Shown here piece by piece: positions 48,172 through 57,629 of a DNA stretch of 64,000 bases. Position 1 is the stretch's first letter. Every line of letters starts with the position of its first letter. Both the position numbers and the translations under genes were made by a program. The stretch comes from a phage: sequence record OZ346228.1; one strand, written 5' to 3'. Under the pieces are notes generated by a model. That model was given only the letters and a program-made list of their open reading frames with translations. It ran no database searches and was not told the DNA's origin.

Positions 48172-48782
48172 TCTTCTTGGGCCTCTTTAGCATCAATATA
48201 CTTGCACACAATCTCCGATGCACATTCCCAAGGTGCACCTTCAGGGTTTACAACATCGAACTCAATTCCTTTTATTCCGTTCTTTTCCAGACTTAGATAG
48301 GTTCTGGAATCATTTCCCCAGTCATATCCGACACGGTGAATACGGAACAACAACAGATCTCCACCTGTGCTGTACGCGTACTCGCTAAGGCATGCCAGCT
48401 CCTCTTTGAATCCACCATCGGAGTAAACAACAACCCCTTTACCTTTAGGGAAATCTTTCTTCAAAGATGCGACTGCGGCTTTACCGAAAGCATCTTCACC
48501 AAAGATAGGTTTAATCAGATTTTCACTACAATGGATCATCCATTCTCGCGGAGAAACATGCTTGCCGTCTATCATTAAGAAAGGGCAAGGCTCTTCTTTG
48601 TAGTGGCGGTCATAAAGTGCATTCCAGAGTTGAGGAGTTACACCAGCTGCCTTAATTGCCACACTGAAGAGCATCTCCTTAACCTCACGGTGGTGTGAGT
48701 TAGGAATAGCTTCCAACAAGAGATCTGCAATGTGATCCTTACCACTGCTGGGTGGGGCGTTAAGAACAATAATATCCATCAA
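48165..48782 (-). CDS. P-loop nucleotide kinase (dNMP kinase-like)
   Basis: Walker A LNAPPSSGKDHIA; size and context like T4 gp1-type kinases. Confidence 0.55.
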   Translation of the reverse strand: MMDIIVLNAPPSSGKDHIADLLLEAIPNSHHREVKEMLFSVAIKAAGVTPQLWNALYDRHYKEEPCPFLMIDGKHVSPREWMIHCSENLIKPIFGEDAFGKAAVASLKKDFPKGKGVVVYSDGGFKEELACLSEYAYSTGGDLLLFRIHRVGYDWGNDSRTYLSLEKNGIKGIEFDVVNPEGAPWECASEIVCKYIDAKEAQEEC

Positions 48783-48982
48783 AAACCTCCGTGGTATTCT
48801 TCAACTGCATCAATAATACTTTTACACTTATCTACCAGCTCGTTAGCCACTACAGCATCGTCTTCCCAAACAGCTTCCTCGATCTGATCAAGCAATGATC
48901 GCATCTTACCCATCATTTCTGGGATAAAGTCTTCTGAAAAGCTGTCTGGAATTGTTAACTTTAGTGTCATTGCGTTCTCCAA
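48779..48982 (-). CDS. hypothetical protein
   Basis: 4-nt overlap with kinase start. Confidence 0.45.
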   Translation of the reverse strand: MENAMTLKLTIPDSFSEDFIPEMMGKMRSLLDQIEEAVWEDDAVVANELVDKCKSIIDAVEEYHGGF

Positions 48983-48997
48983 TCATACTATGCGTTA

Positions 48998-49456
48998 TTA
49001 GAAGTTTGTTTTTACACGTCCCTTTTCATCAACCTCGTTGTTGGCTAGAAGCGTTACAAAGTCTGTGAAACGGACATGAAGAACTCTTTTCTTATCAAGG
49101 TATCCTAAAGCCACCCCTGAGAAATTTAGCATCAAAGGGGCTAAAGAAGCTCTGGCACTGAAATGCTGTTGTTCTACCCTTCCAACACCCTTAGTGTAGG
49201 ATGGGTTAAGATTGTAAGTTCTGAATCCCAGTTTTGTTGGAGCTTTAGAATTAAAAACAACTTTATAGCGTTTCTTACTCAACTTATGCTCCAGGATAAG
49301 CATTCCCTTATCACCCTTGATAAGTTGAAAATCTGTAAAGTGCTCTTTTAATACGAAAGGTAGTGCCAGTCCCATCGCCTGCCCCCTTTGTACCGCTGTC
49401 TCACCAAAAGCTTTTGCATCAGTAAGTTCTTTGGTCAAGTCTATGCTTTTGATCAT
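48998..49456 (-). CDS. hypothetical protein
   Basis: Co-oriented ORF. Confidence 0.5.
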   Translation of the reverse strand: MIKSIDLTKELTDAKAFGETAVQRGQAMGLALPFVLKEHFTDFQLIKGDKGMLILEHKLSKKRYKVVFNSKAPTKLGFRTYNLNPSYTKGVGRVEQQHFSARASLAPLMLNFSGVALGYLDKKRVLHVRFTDFVTLLANNEVDEKGRVKTNF

Positions 49457-50267
49457 ACCTAGTCTCCAAAATGTATTGTAGTTCTTTCTTACCTATACTC
49501 TTCATTCCGGCAGTCTTACCTGCTTCTTCTTGAAAAGAAGAATAGCATTCAGCAAACACTCTGTCAACACCGTCAACTAAAGATTTTATGAAATATGTTG
49601 ATTCTTCAGATTTTGGGTCATCCTCCCCCAATACTTTTCCAGCATTATACCCAACACGTCTTACACAGAAGTCGTAGTCATCTGGAGTGCTAAAAGAAAA
49701 TAACTTATTCTCCCCAATCTCTACAGGATCCCTGTTGCACGCCTTTTTCTCCCAAATTTGGAAAACACACGGCACGTCATAAGGTTTGCCATTAAGTAGA
49801 AACGAGTTCTTAGGGCACCTTTCACTGTAGACAAGGTGCATCGACATGTCCAGTTTGTTTGCAAAAAATATTTTTTCAAATGTCCGTGGCAAGATGAAGG
49901 CTATAGCCCCTCCAAGCTCTAGCAATGATGCACAATGGTTAAAGAATTTGCAAGCTAAAGATGAATTCTTGCCAAATGGTGGGTTACCTATGAAGACATC
50001 TGCCTTGGGATGCACCTCCAAGAAGTTTGCCTGAATGCACGGTGTTGGTCCTTCAAATTCAGGATCTGGTACTAGATCGTAAGACAGTATCTCTGAAAAT
50101 AGTTTTGAAAAAGAACCCCTTCCAGCAGAAGGCTCAACGTATGCACAATTTCCATACTTATCTTTTACTTTACCAACAAGATATTCTGCATACTCAGGGT
50201 TTGTGTAATATTTGTCGTTGGACTCTTTCTTGCTCAAAGTGCCTCCAAAAGGAAAAGGGAGGCGCAA
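49419..50267 (-). CDS. DNA N6-adenine methyltransferase
   Basis: AdoMet motif VEPSAGRGSF and catalytic motif FIGNPPFG. Confidence 0.7.
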   Translation of the reverse strand: MRLPFPFGGTLSKKESNDKYYTNPEYAEYLVGKVKDKYGNCAYVEPSAGRGSFSKLFSEILSYDLVPDPEFEGPTPCIQANFLEVHPKADVFIGNPPFGKNSSLACKFFNHCASLLELGGAIAFILPRTFEKIFFANKLDMSMHLVYSERCPKNSFLLNGKPYDVPCVFQIWEKKACNRDPVEIGENKLFSFSTPDDYDFCVRRVGYNAGKVLGEDDPKSEESTYFIKSLVDGVDRVFAECYSSFQEEAGKTAGMKSIGKKELQYILETRYDQKHRLDQRTY

Positions 50268-50283
50268 GCCTCCCTATACTTGA

Positions 50284-51273
50284 TTAGATTATCTGAATCA
50301 GGGTGTTTTTCATTTCTTCTCTGGTACGGATGTTGTTACGGTCACGAACAACAGATCCACAACCTTCGCAGCGATATGTTTTAAATGCACTCAGTTGAGT
50401 ATACGCCAAAGCTTCTTCCTCGTGAAGGTGTTCTCCACCGCAGCGTGGGCAACGAACTTTTGGCTCCTCATCCTGGTAGTACAATGACATATTGGGGTGC
50501 TGCTTAGCAAACGGGCGTGCCAGCAAATACAGGCCTTCCAGAGATAGGATATCACCAACATTGTACTCCCGCATCTGTTTAAACGCCTCAAGATCACCAT
50601 GAACACACTTGATCCACATTTCAAATGTGTGGTCAATCAGTTTCTGTCGGGCAAGTTGGAAGTATTTGCATGCATACTCCAAAGTGTTTGCATTCAAACG
50701 GAATGCCTTCTTGATCATTTTAAGGGTGTCAACCTCTTTGTATGGGCTTGTTGGAGGCAACCCGTGAAATGCAAATCGTTGGTTTGCCCACCCACAGTCA
50801 AAACCTGAATTGTGGGCTACTGCGACATCACATTTATCCAGATAATACCACAAGTCCTGAATCAATTCGAGGTCATTGTGAATATCCTCATCCCACATTT
50901 TGTAATCGGGAAGAGCGCAGTCAACCACACTAGGACTGTCTAACCACTTACCTGCGAAAGTTAGCATATAGGGCATAATTTCAATACCGCAGGTTTGAAT
51001 GTTGGTCTTATAGTGCCCAAAGAACCAGCCGTTTGTTGGTGATGTTTCTGTATCATACACCCAAACTTTAGCTCCTTTGTGTTCTTCAAGGAAGCGCTCA
51101 GTTGCTTCTCCTACAATCTCTGACATATTCTCTTGTGCACGTTTAAGCTGTAGTCGGATCCAACTCTCACGTGACTCACGGCCTAAAAATTCACGAGCAA
51201 TTTGTCTATTAGTGTATCCCTGCTGCTTTAGTGTTAAAATTTGCTCAAGAGTTAACTTTGTCATCATCGTCAA
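50284..51273 (-). CDS. DnaQ-like 3'-5' exonuclease with N-terminal HTH and C-terminal zinc ribbon
   Basis: Exo I VYDTETS, Exo II VAHNSGFDCGW, Exo III HGDLEAF; N-terminal GYTNRQIAREF; C-terminal CPRCGG..CEGCG. Confidence 0.55.
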   Translation of the reverse strand: MTMMTKLTLEQILTLKQQGYTNRQIAREFLGRESRESWIRLQLKRAQENMSEIVGEATERFLEEHKGAKVWVYDTETSPTNGWFFGHYKTNIQTCGIEIMPYMLTFAGKWLDSPSVVDCALPDYKMWDEDIHNDLELIQDLWYYLDKCDVAVAHNSGFDCGWANQRFAFHGLPPTSPYKEVDTLKMIKKAFRLNANTLEYACKYFQLARQKLIDHTFEMWIKCVHGDLEAFKQMREYNVGDILSLEGLYLLARPFAKQHPNMSLYYQDEEPKVRCPRCGGEHLHEEEALAYTQLSAFKTYRCEGCGSVVRDRNNIRTREEMKNTLIQII

Positions 51274-51279
51274 AATTCC

Positions 51280-51501
51280 TTAGTAAAACTGAAGAATGTC
51301 TTTTAAAGCGAAGTCACGATATTCGCCCTTGTCTACATCAAAGGCATGCATCAACCACTGCTCTTCTTTATGATACTCTGTAGAGCCAAACCATAAATTA
51401 GGCTCAGTAACGCAGCGATCTGCAACAACACCTTTCCAGTTACGGTATTTCATCCTGATCAGGACTGAGTCGCAAGGATTGAATACCTTTTTCATCCCCA
51501 T
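51280..51501 (-). CDS. hypothetical protein (start uncertain)
   Basis: Short ORF overlapping endo VII 3' end. Confidence 0.35.
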   Translation of the reverse strand: MGMKKVFNPCDSVLIRMKYRNWKGVVADRCVTEPNLWFGSTEYHKEEQWLMHAFDVDKGEYRDFALKDILQFY

Positions 51502-52045
51502 AGAAATCTCTCTCCTCAGTTTTCTTTATAAACTCCTGCATGTAGGACTCAATAGCCTCATGCTTGGTGCACTCTGGATTAATGACAAGATTGAGATCTG
51601 ATTCTGCTCGTGCAATAATCGTAGCTTTAGAGCATCTCCTCAAGAACTTTGTCATATCATCTCTGTAGTTTTTGTGGAGCGGGAAGTCGCTGTAGTCTTT
51701 CTCCAGATAGTCAGCCATCCGGCGCAACGCCTCTGATAAACTGCAATCTGTATACTCGTTACAGTATTTCATCCAGTATTTAAGCACATACCCCTCAAAG
51801 GTATTAGTGCACTGAGACAAAACACCCCTGCAACGACCAGTCAGATGATCATGATCTAAACAAGGCTTACGAAGTGGCTCGCACAAGATCGGATCAAGAC
51901 CATCCTGCTCCTCTGACAATTCTTTTCGAAAGTTGGCTATGTCCTTAGAATCTTTTAGCCACCCGCTATGAACGGGGGCTTTGACAGCTTTCTTTCTTAT
52001 TTTACGCTTTGCGATAACCCCTCCAGATGCGCCCTGCCTATCCAA
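51440..52045 (-). CDS. endonuclease VII-like Holliday junction resolvase
   Basis: CLDHDHLTGRCRGVLSQCTNTFEG parallels T4 gp49 NHLDHDHELNG..GKVRGLLCNLCNAAEG (from memory); start uncertain. Confidence 0.65.
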   Translation of the reverse strand: MDRQGASGGVIAKRKIRKKAVKAPVHSGWLKDSKDIANFRKELSEEQDGLDPILCEPLRKPCLDHDHLTGRCRGVLSQCTNTFEGYVLKYWMKYCNEYTDCSLSEALRRMADYLEKDYSDFPLHKNYRDDMTKFLRRCSKATIIARAESDLNLVINPECTKHEAIESYMQEFIKKTEERDFYGDEKGIQSLRLSPDQDEIP

Positions 52046-52626
52046 TAAGCATCTGCGAGATCGGCCTTACCTTGTACCAAATTGATCCCATCTAGGAACC
52101 CAGGTTCAGATACTTCGCAGGCCTTAACCATCAACTTTTTATCCATCGTAACAGGTTTCTTCACAGTATGCTCTTTACCTGTCTTTTTGTCAAGCTTTTT
52201 CTTCTCCTCAAAAGCAAGTTCCTCAGGAAGATGACTACGAGCAAACTTTTTGGCAGTTGTTGGTGTCACAGTGTGGACCTTAAACAGGCCGTCATTTTCA
52301 CAATCAGCTAAAGCATCCCAAAGCATAACTTCAAGACCGTAAAACAACCCAGCCAGTTCGCGTGTGGCATCCCCGCGTGATCCAAAGGAAAGCCCTTCCA
52401 TAACCACGGTGTCAACGCCGTGCGTGTGGATGTAATATCTGACCTGTTTGCAGATCCAGTCAATACGCTCAGCAGCTGTTGCAAAAGAAACCGTCCCTGG
52501 TTTCTTCTCTTTTGCAGATGAGCTTTGAGTTCGTAACACAACCTTATGAACAGGCTTTCCATCGTCCCATACAACGCAAGCTGTGTGTGTCAACGACTGG
52601 TCTATGGATAATAGACGCTCTCTCAT
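51997..52626 (-). CDS. RuvC-like resolvase (putative)
   Basis: LSIDQSLTHTACVV, VVMEGLSF, ADLADAYWIGRAH loosely match RuvC GIDPG..IE..ADAADALAIA. Confidence 0.5.
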   Translation of the reverse strand: MRERLLSIDQSLTHTACVVWDDGKPVHKVVLRTQSSSAKEKKPGTVSFATAAERIDWICKQVRYYIHTHGVDTVVMEGLSFGSRGDATRELAGLFYGLEVMLWDALADCENDGLFKVHTVTPTTAKKFARSHLPEELAFEEKKKLDKKTGKEHTVKKPVTMDKKLMVKACEVSEPGFLDGINLVQGKADLADAYWIGRAHLEGLSQSVK

Positions 52627-52955
52627 GCTTCCTCGTCCTCCTCTCCTTCATCAGGAGCATAAGCCTTATCTTTGAACAAGACGAGAGAGCAAAGCTTAAC
52701 ATCTGTTTCCACACTGGTGAACATGCATAACCGCTCGCCCTCAATCAGCTCACAATCCTCTTTTAAAACAGCAGACCATACACGGTCATCTGCGTAATCA
52801 TCCGTGTACAGGATGTATGAAATGGTGTCATCTTCATACAACCGCCACATACCTGTGGCAACAACGAATGTATTTTTTGTTTTAAGTGTCCCTGTTGTGT
52901 GATCATCCTCAAAAACAGCTTCCATAATTGCGTTATCTACAGCATTTTTAGTCAT
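52623..52955 (-). CDS. hypothetical acidic protein
   Basis: 4-nt overlaps; acidic C-terminus EGEEDEEA. Confidence 0.5.
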   Translation of the reverse strand: MTKNAVDNAIMEAVFEDDHTTGTLKTKNTFVVATGMWRLYEDDTISYILYTDDYADDRVWSAVLKEDCELIEGERLCMFTSVETDVKLCSLVLFKDKAYAPDEGEEDEEA

Positions 52956-54094
52956 CAGATTGCTCCAACATTTCTAAGAACGTTAACAAGTTTTGTCTGG
53001 TCATTAAATGTCCGCTTCATATACAAACAGTCAAAAATTATACTCATCCATTGACCTACGGAAATTCTACGATCAATACCATTGAAGTCAGTATACTTAA
53101 CAACACCTTTCGGGAACCACTTCTTGTACTGATCAATAATAGCCACCCACATCTCCTTTGGAGTGCTGCACTGAGACAGTAGGTAGAATGCTGAGGCATC
53201 CCCGAACTTACCCTTACCGATAAGTCCTTGATACGGCTTGATGTTGTCAGCAGAGTCACCACACAGCATTTGGTATCCGAAGAACAGCATCCCGTAACCG
53301 CCAACCTCTCCATTGGGCTTCATGAAGATGTTCCCCATACCGTTATCGATCAGCATAGGGGTTTCCCTTACAAAATCTCCCTTATCGTTTCGCATGGGAT
53401 CGAACACAAGCCCCGGTAGTGTTCTTTGGTCCTTATCAATAGAGATAATAAACTTGTTGAACTTACCTGTTTTTTGGTAGTGGTTCCAACCTTCAAATTG
53501 CTGGATAGCTAACCAGTCGTCAGCCTCGATACCGTTGATCACTTGAGCATTATACTGCTTTTGGAGATACTGTCTTGCATCTCCAAGCAGCAGTGGTCGA
53601 AGAGTATTGTTACGGTTGGCTTTATATCTTTCCGGCATGGGAAGATCTAGTCTGAAATTACCTGTGCCTCCAAGTACCCCCACGCACCGATCTTCCGGAA
53701 TACCGAGATAATTAAGGACTGCATTAGCTTTACACTTAATTGTGTGCAAGCAGTTCTCTACAGGATCAGGGGTTTGGATATCCAAGACATCGAAATCTTC
53801 TCGTGTCCACGGAATAAACTCCTTGCCAGCCTTTTTACATGCAGCTTCACGGTTGGTATTCTCAGCTTTTAACCAACCACCAACGGTGTTCTTCTGCCGC
53901 CCCCAGAACTCTGTTCGTGTTTTAAACATCTTCTTACGTCCGGAGGCTTTGTGTGTTACCTCAATTGTCCTTTTTTCACAACTTGCTGCAGCTTGATATG
54001 CAACCTGATCGAAGTCATAATAAACTATAGCGTCAGGTTCAAGAAGATCAGCCAGACAATCTATGGACTCAATAAGTGGATATTCTCTACTCAA
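52955..54094 (-). CDS. 5'-3' exonuclease / flap endonuclease (FEN)
   Basis: GIEADDWLAIQQ matches the FEN G(Y/F)EADD motif. Confidence 0.75.
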   Translation of the reverse strand: MSREYPLIESIDCLADLLEPDAIVYYDFDQVAYQAAASCEKRTIEVTHKASGRKKMFKTRTEFWGRQKNTVGGWLKAENTNREAACKKAGKEFIPWTREDFDVLDIQTPDPVENCLHTIKCKANAVLNYLGIPEDRCVGVLGGTGNFRLDLPMPERYKANRNNTLRPLLLGDARQYLQKQYNAQVINGIEADDWLAIQQFEGWNHYQKTGKFNKFIISIDKDQRTLPGLVFDPMRNDKGDFVRETPMLIDNGMGNIFMKPNGEVGGYGMLFFGYQMLCGDSADNIKPYQGLIGKGKFGDASAFYLLSQCSTPKEMWVAIIDQYKKWFPKGVVKYTDFNGIDRRISVGQWMSIIFDCLYMKRTFNDQTKLVNVLRNVGAI

Positions 54095-54395
54095 AGACCC
54101 TCCTGTTAGTTATTCTGCAAGATGGTTGGATGCTGTAATGGAATGCATCATCACTCTCTGCAATAAGTGACTCAACATCCCAATACTTTTCAAAAAGGAA
54201 CGGATTAGACCCCCAGTGGTGGGTTATTTTCATCAAGGAGTCTGGTATCATATAACCACAGATCTTAATTACATCGCCAGGTTGAATTGTGTTTTCATGA
54301 AGGTTGCTTGCCTTCTTCAGAATCATACCTTTATGATTCTCGTTTGCATACAACTGGACAATATCTTTATCTTCAACAATAAAAATTTTAAGCAT
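54087..54395 (-). CDS. hypothetical protein
   Basis: Overlaps FEN start. Confidence 0.5.
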   Translation of the reverse strand: MLKIFIVEDKDIVQLYANENHKGMILKKASNLHENTIQPGDVIKICGYMIPDSLMKITHHWGSNPFLFEKYWDVESLIAESDDAFHYSIQPSCRITNRRVFE

Positions 54396-54454
54396 ATCTA
54401 GTTCTCCTAGTTTATAGATATCTGACCGATAATATCAGATTAATAACACTTTTG

Positions 54455-54748
54455 TCAAGACTTTTTAGTCTTTCTTGGAGAGCTTTTTGTTGATCTTTTC
54501 CTTTTGTGGTAGATTCCAAGTGCAGCGTTTTCTTGGGCGCACGTTTTAACAGTTCTCAGAGAAGAACTTTCAGCTTTAGGCAGGTTTAACTCCCACCAAC
54601 CGAGCCAGTAAAGTTCTGATTCCGACAGCTGCTCAGATTCAGCCTTCCGATACAATGATTGCATACCTCTAATGATGTCGTCCAGAGGTGTATCGAATAC
54701 AAAAGCTGTCTTATCGAATTTCTCTTTTACAGGTCTCTTAGCCATCAA
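54455..54748 (-). CDS. hypothetical basic protein
   Basis: K/R-rich C-terminus. Confidence 0.45.
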   Translation of the reverse strand: MMAKRPVKEKFDKTAFVFDTPLDDIIRGMQSLYRKAESEQLSESELYWLGWWELNLPKAESSSLRTVKTCAQENAALGIYHKRKRSTKSSPRKTKKS

Positions 54749-55184
54749 GGTAACCCTCTATCCACGAAAAGTCAGTCTTCCATTCTGGAACTTTACTAAG
54801 CTCACGCCACTCTGCAAAGCAGTCTCGGTAATACGCCTCTGCCATACTCTTGGTGATCTTATTCACCTTAGCCAACTGATTAACTGCCTGAGCATACTTT
54901 CCACGGATATTTGCTAACCCAGGATGCACCGATGTGTGACAATCCGGGCACAGTGCTATCAGTCCGACAAGCCGGATCACTCCCTCTTCGAAAGTGTAAA
55001 GTTCATGACACTCCACTGGGTGTTTGCTGCCTTTACCGCCGCACACCTCACAAGTGTAGTTGGCTTCTCTATAGCACTTCTTACGTATCTTATCCCACTC
55101 ACTCTTCTTCACAGCGTTTCGGAGGTTATTATACCAAGCTGTTTCTGGGATCAGTTGCACAATAAGCCTGCGTTCAGACTTCAT
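54738..55184 (-). CDS. zinc-binding protein (possible HNH-like)
   Basis: CEVCGG..HPVECHE..CPDCH; start chosen at internal ATG. Confidence 0.4.
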   Translation of the reverse strand: MKSERRLIVQLIPETAWYNNLRNAVKKSEWDKIRKKCYREANYTCEVCGGKGSKHPVECHELYTFEEGVIRLVGLIALCPDCHTSVHPGLANIRGKYAQAVNQLAKVNKITKSMAEAYYRDCFAEWRELSKVPEWKTDFSWIEGYLDG

Positions 55185-55212
55185 TAAACGTCCGTCTTCC
55201 ACGTGTTCTCCC

Positions 55213-55419
55213 TCATTCAAAGAAATGGGTGCGAGGGCAGGAACCTGCCTCACCTTGTTTCACAAGCTCGTAGAGCTCACCTTGACTTGTCTCATAAAGG
55301 CAAATACGTTTACCATTGTCCCGATATACATCGACAAGATACGCTGTTTCACCTGCAAACACGACACCACAGGCCAGACATGCTACCATGAACAAAATTG
55401 CCAATAGAAAATCTTTCAT
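55213..55419 (-). CDS. small signal-peptide/TM protein next to endolysin
   Basis: N-terminal FLLAILFMVACLACGVVFAG then hydrophilic tail. Confidence 0.45.
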   Translation of the reverse strand: MKDFLLAILFMVACLACGVVFAGETAYLVDVYRDNGKRICLYETSQGELYELVKQGEAGSCPRTHFFE

Positions 55420-55482
55420 GGTTAAGCCCTCCTAAACATTTTATGAGGTAACAATACCACGTCCGTGTGGTTATGTCAATGA

Positions 55483-55953
55483 TCAATCAAGGACAACACC
55501 GCCTGCCTTTTTAAACACCTCGATCAACTTCTCGATCTTCTGTTCATGCTGACCATATCCAGCACCAGGTAACGAAGCCCAGCGGGAACGGCATTTATGG
55601 ATAGCCTCGTGGATACGCCCTTCGTCAATGTCGGCGAGAGCCTTGCACTCACGGATCAGTTGCAACGCAATCTTGTCCTGACTGGCGGGGCCAAAATCTG
55701 GCAATCCTAACTGTTCCATGTAGTGTTTAGCAAACTTCTCCAAAACCTGGTAACGACCAGCAGCGGAGGAGGTAAGTTTAGCATTTAGCTTAACGTACAC
55801 ACCTGGATGCTTGCTGTAATCGCTAAACAGCTTGCCACCAACTATGACATCGTATCCCCGATCCTTAGTGGGTTGCCTACCATTATCTGTGCCTTCCGAA
55901 TATGCGATCATGTCCAAGAAAGCTTTTCGTTGAACATTTTTATCAAGTTTCAT
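55483..55953 (-). CDS. endolysin, lambda R-like lytic transglycosylase
   Basis: QRKAFLDMIAYSEGTDNGRQ, YDVIVGG, WASLPGAGYGQ near-colinear with lambda R (from memory). Confidence 0.9.
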   Translation of the reverse strand: MKLDKNVQRKAFLDMIAYSEGTDNGRQPTKDRGYDVIVGGKLFSDYSKHPGVYVKLNAKLTSSAAGRYQVLEKFAKHYMEQLGLPDFGPASQDKIALQLIRECKALADIDEGRIHEAIHKCRSRWASLPGAGYGQHEQKIEKLIEVFKKAGGVVLD

Positions 55954-56076
55954 TTTTCATACTCTCCAGTTTACTCATAACTAACACGATCAACAACACT
56001 ACACAGTGTGGTTATGTAGGTGCCGATTGAAAACCATCATTCAATTGGCTACCGTTACCTACTGAACCTTCCTACA

Positions 56077-57360
56077 TCATTCAAGCACCTCCCAAGTGTC
56101 TGGGTTAACATTTCGGACGCAGATACCGACAGGGAATTGGTAATTGTTGTCTTCTGTCCTTGCTTGGTATTTGAAGGTGACAAACTTGCCGATCATTTCC
56201 TGCATCCTGTCATAGCTACGCTCCTCGTGCGTGCCTTTCATCTTCATTTTAACAACAACACCTTCCTTGTCAACACAGATAAGAACACCTTCATCATTCT
56301 TATCTTTCTCAACGTCAATAACTTTCACCTCTGCGTCGTTGAACTTTTTCCATTTCAATGCTTCAGATGTTCGCTGACCATACTCATATTTACCGCAGAA
56401 ATTACGCATGATAGTACCTTCATATCCTTCGGACATGAATATACCAACAGATTCTTCGCAATGATCAACTGTGTACGCAAGCTCTGCGTCAACAACCTTG
56501 ATATGATCAAGCATCAGAGTGGTAACGGTATCCTCTGCATCCATAAGATCCTTGCAGCGTCCAGACTCTGTTTCTGGATCCCACCACACCTTGTCGCTAG
56601 GAATATCAAAAATGTGATACTCCAGATCGTAGCTACAGTATCCACCGTAACGCAAATCATCACGAACAGGCTCAACATCGACAGGAATATCTACCTTGTT
56701 GAAGTTTTTGTATGTTGATAAGCCTGCCTTAATTGCTGCATGACGGCGTTTTTTATCTGCCTCATAGTCTTTATCGATCTCGGCCTGAATCTCTTCCTGT
56801 GTGCGCCACCGTTTAGCAAGAGACACTATTTTCTGCAAAGGAAGACCATGAATGTATAGTTCCCCATCAAGTTGTTTAATCCCAGTGGTAGAATGGAAAG
56901 AACGAAGTTGCTCTAAAAGCTTTCCTTGAATAGGGTAGGACTTATTACCACGGGAAATAAATTTAGGCTCACCATTTTGGAAAACAACAAGCAGACGAAG
57001 GCCATCTAACTTACGCAAGATCCAGCAAGGTAATTTAAGTGCCTTGCCACGCTTCAGGTAGTCATGCACCAGCATAGGTAAAAGATCAACACCCTGCTCG
57101 CAATCTTCCATGTTTTCAACATACCCCAGACGGACTTGTTTTTCCCACTTGCTGATAGCCTCAAGCTCGGCCTGTTGCTCAGCTGTAGTCTCGTTGGCAC
57201 GACCTACGTTTTTAGGTGTACATACCGTCTCTTTGTACTGCAATTTACCGTCAAGCTTGCCAAACTCTACGATAACCTTTTCGCCATCAGTGAATACTTT
57301 CCACTGTTGGTAGCTGCCATCTTTGTTCAGTGCGTACAGTGTTGTTTTGATTTGATGCAT
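56077..57360 (-). CDS. ATP-dependent DNA ligase
   Basis: Adenylation motif I RKLDGLR (KxDGxR); 427 aa. Confidence 0.8.
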   Translation of the reverse strand: MHQIKTTLYALNKDGSYQQWKVFTDGEKVIVEFGKLDGKLQYKETVCTPKNVGRANETTAEQQAELEAISKWEKQVRLGYVENMEDCEQGVDLLPMLVHDYLKRGKALKLPCWILRKLDGLRLLVVFQNGEPKFISRGNKSYPIQGKLLEQLRSFHSTTGIKQLDGELYIHGLPLQKIVSLAKRWRTQEEIQAEIDKDYEADKKRRHAAIKAGLSTYKNFNKVDIPVDVEPVRDDLRYGGYCSYDLEYHIFDIPSDKVWWDPETESGRCKDLMDAEDTVTTLMLDHIKVVDAELAYTVDHCEESVGIFMSEGYEGTIMRNFCGKYEYGQRTSEALKWKKFNDAEVKVIDVEKDKNDEGVLICVDKEGVVVKMKMKGTHEERSYDRMQEMIGKFVTFKYQARTEDNNYQFPVGICVRNVNPDTWEVLE

Positions 57361-57629
57361 TACTCGGCCTCTTCCTTAAAAATTTTAAACATCTCTTCTT
57401 TACTCATTACCAACCAGTCTCCCATAAAGTCAACTAACCAATCTCCCTGGTACAAAACCAAGTTGCCAAACGGCTCAACAAGCTCACACATGCGACGAAT
57501 ATCTCTGGTCCGAACAGGTGACGATGTAAACACACCTGTATCAATCCACCGTTGCAGATCAGATACTGATGAAGAGCTTCCATCAAACTGGTGTGCTTCT
57601 ACAGGTTTAGCAAGATTAAATAACGGCAT
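57360..57629 (-). CDS. hypothetical protein
   Basis: 1-nt overlap with ligase start. Confidence 0.5.
   Translation of the reverse strand: MPLFNLAKPVEAHQFDGSSSSVSDLQRWIDTGVFTSSPVRTRDIRRMCELVEPFGNLVLYQGDWLVDFMGDWLVMSKEEMFKIFKEEAE

Noticed and set aside
56020-56718. 232-aa + strand ORF
   Set aside because: Antisense to the DNA ligase gene, which has a clear KxDGxR motif
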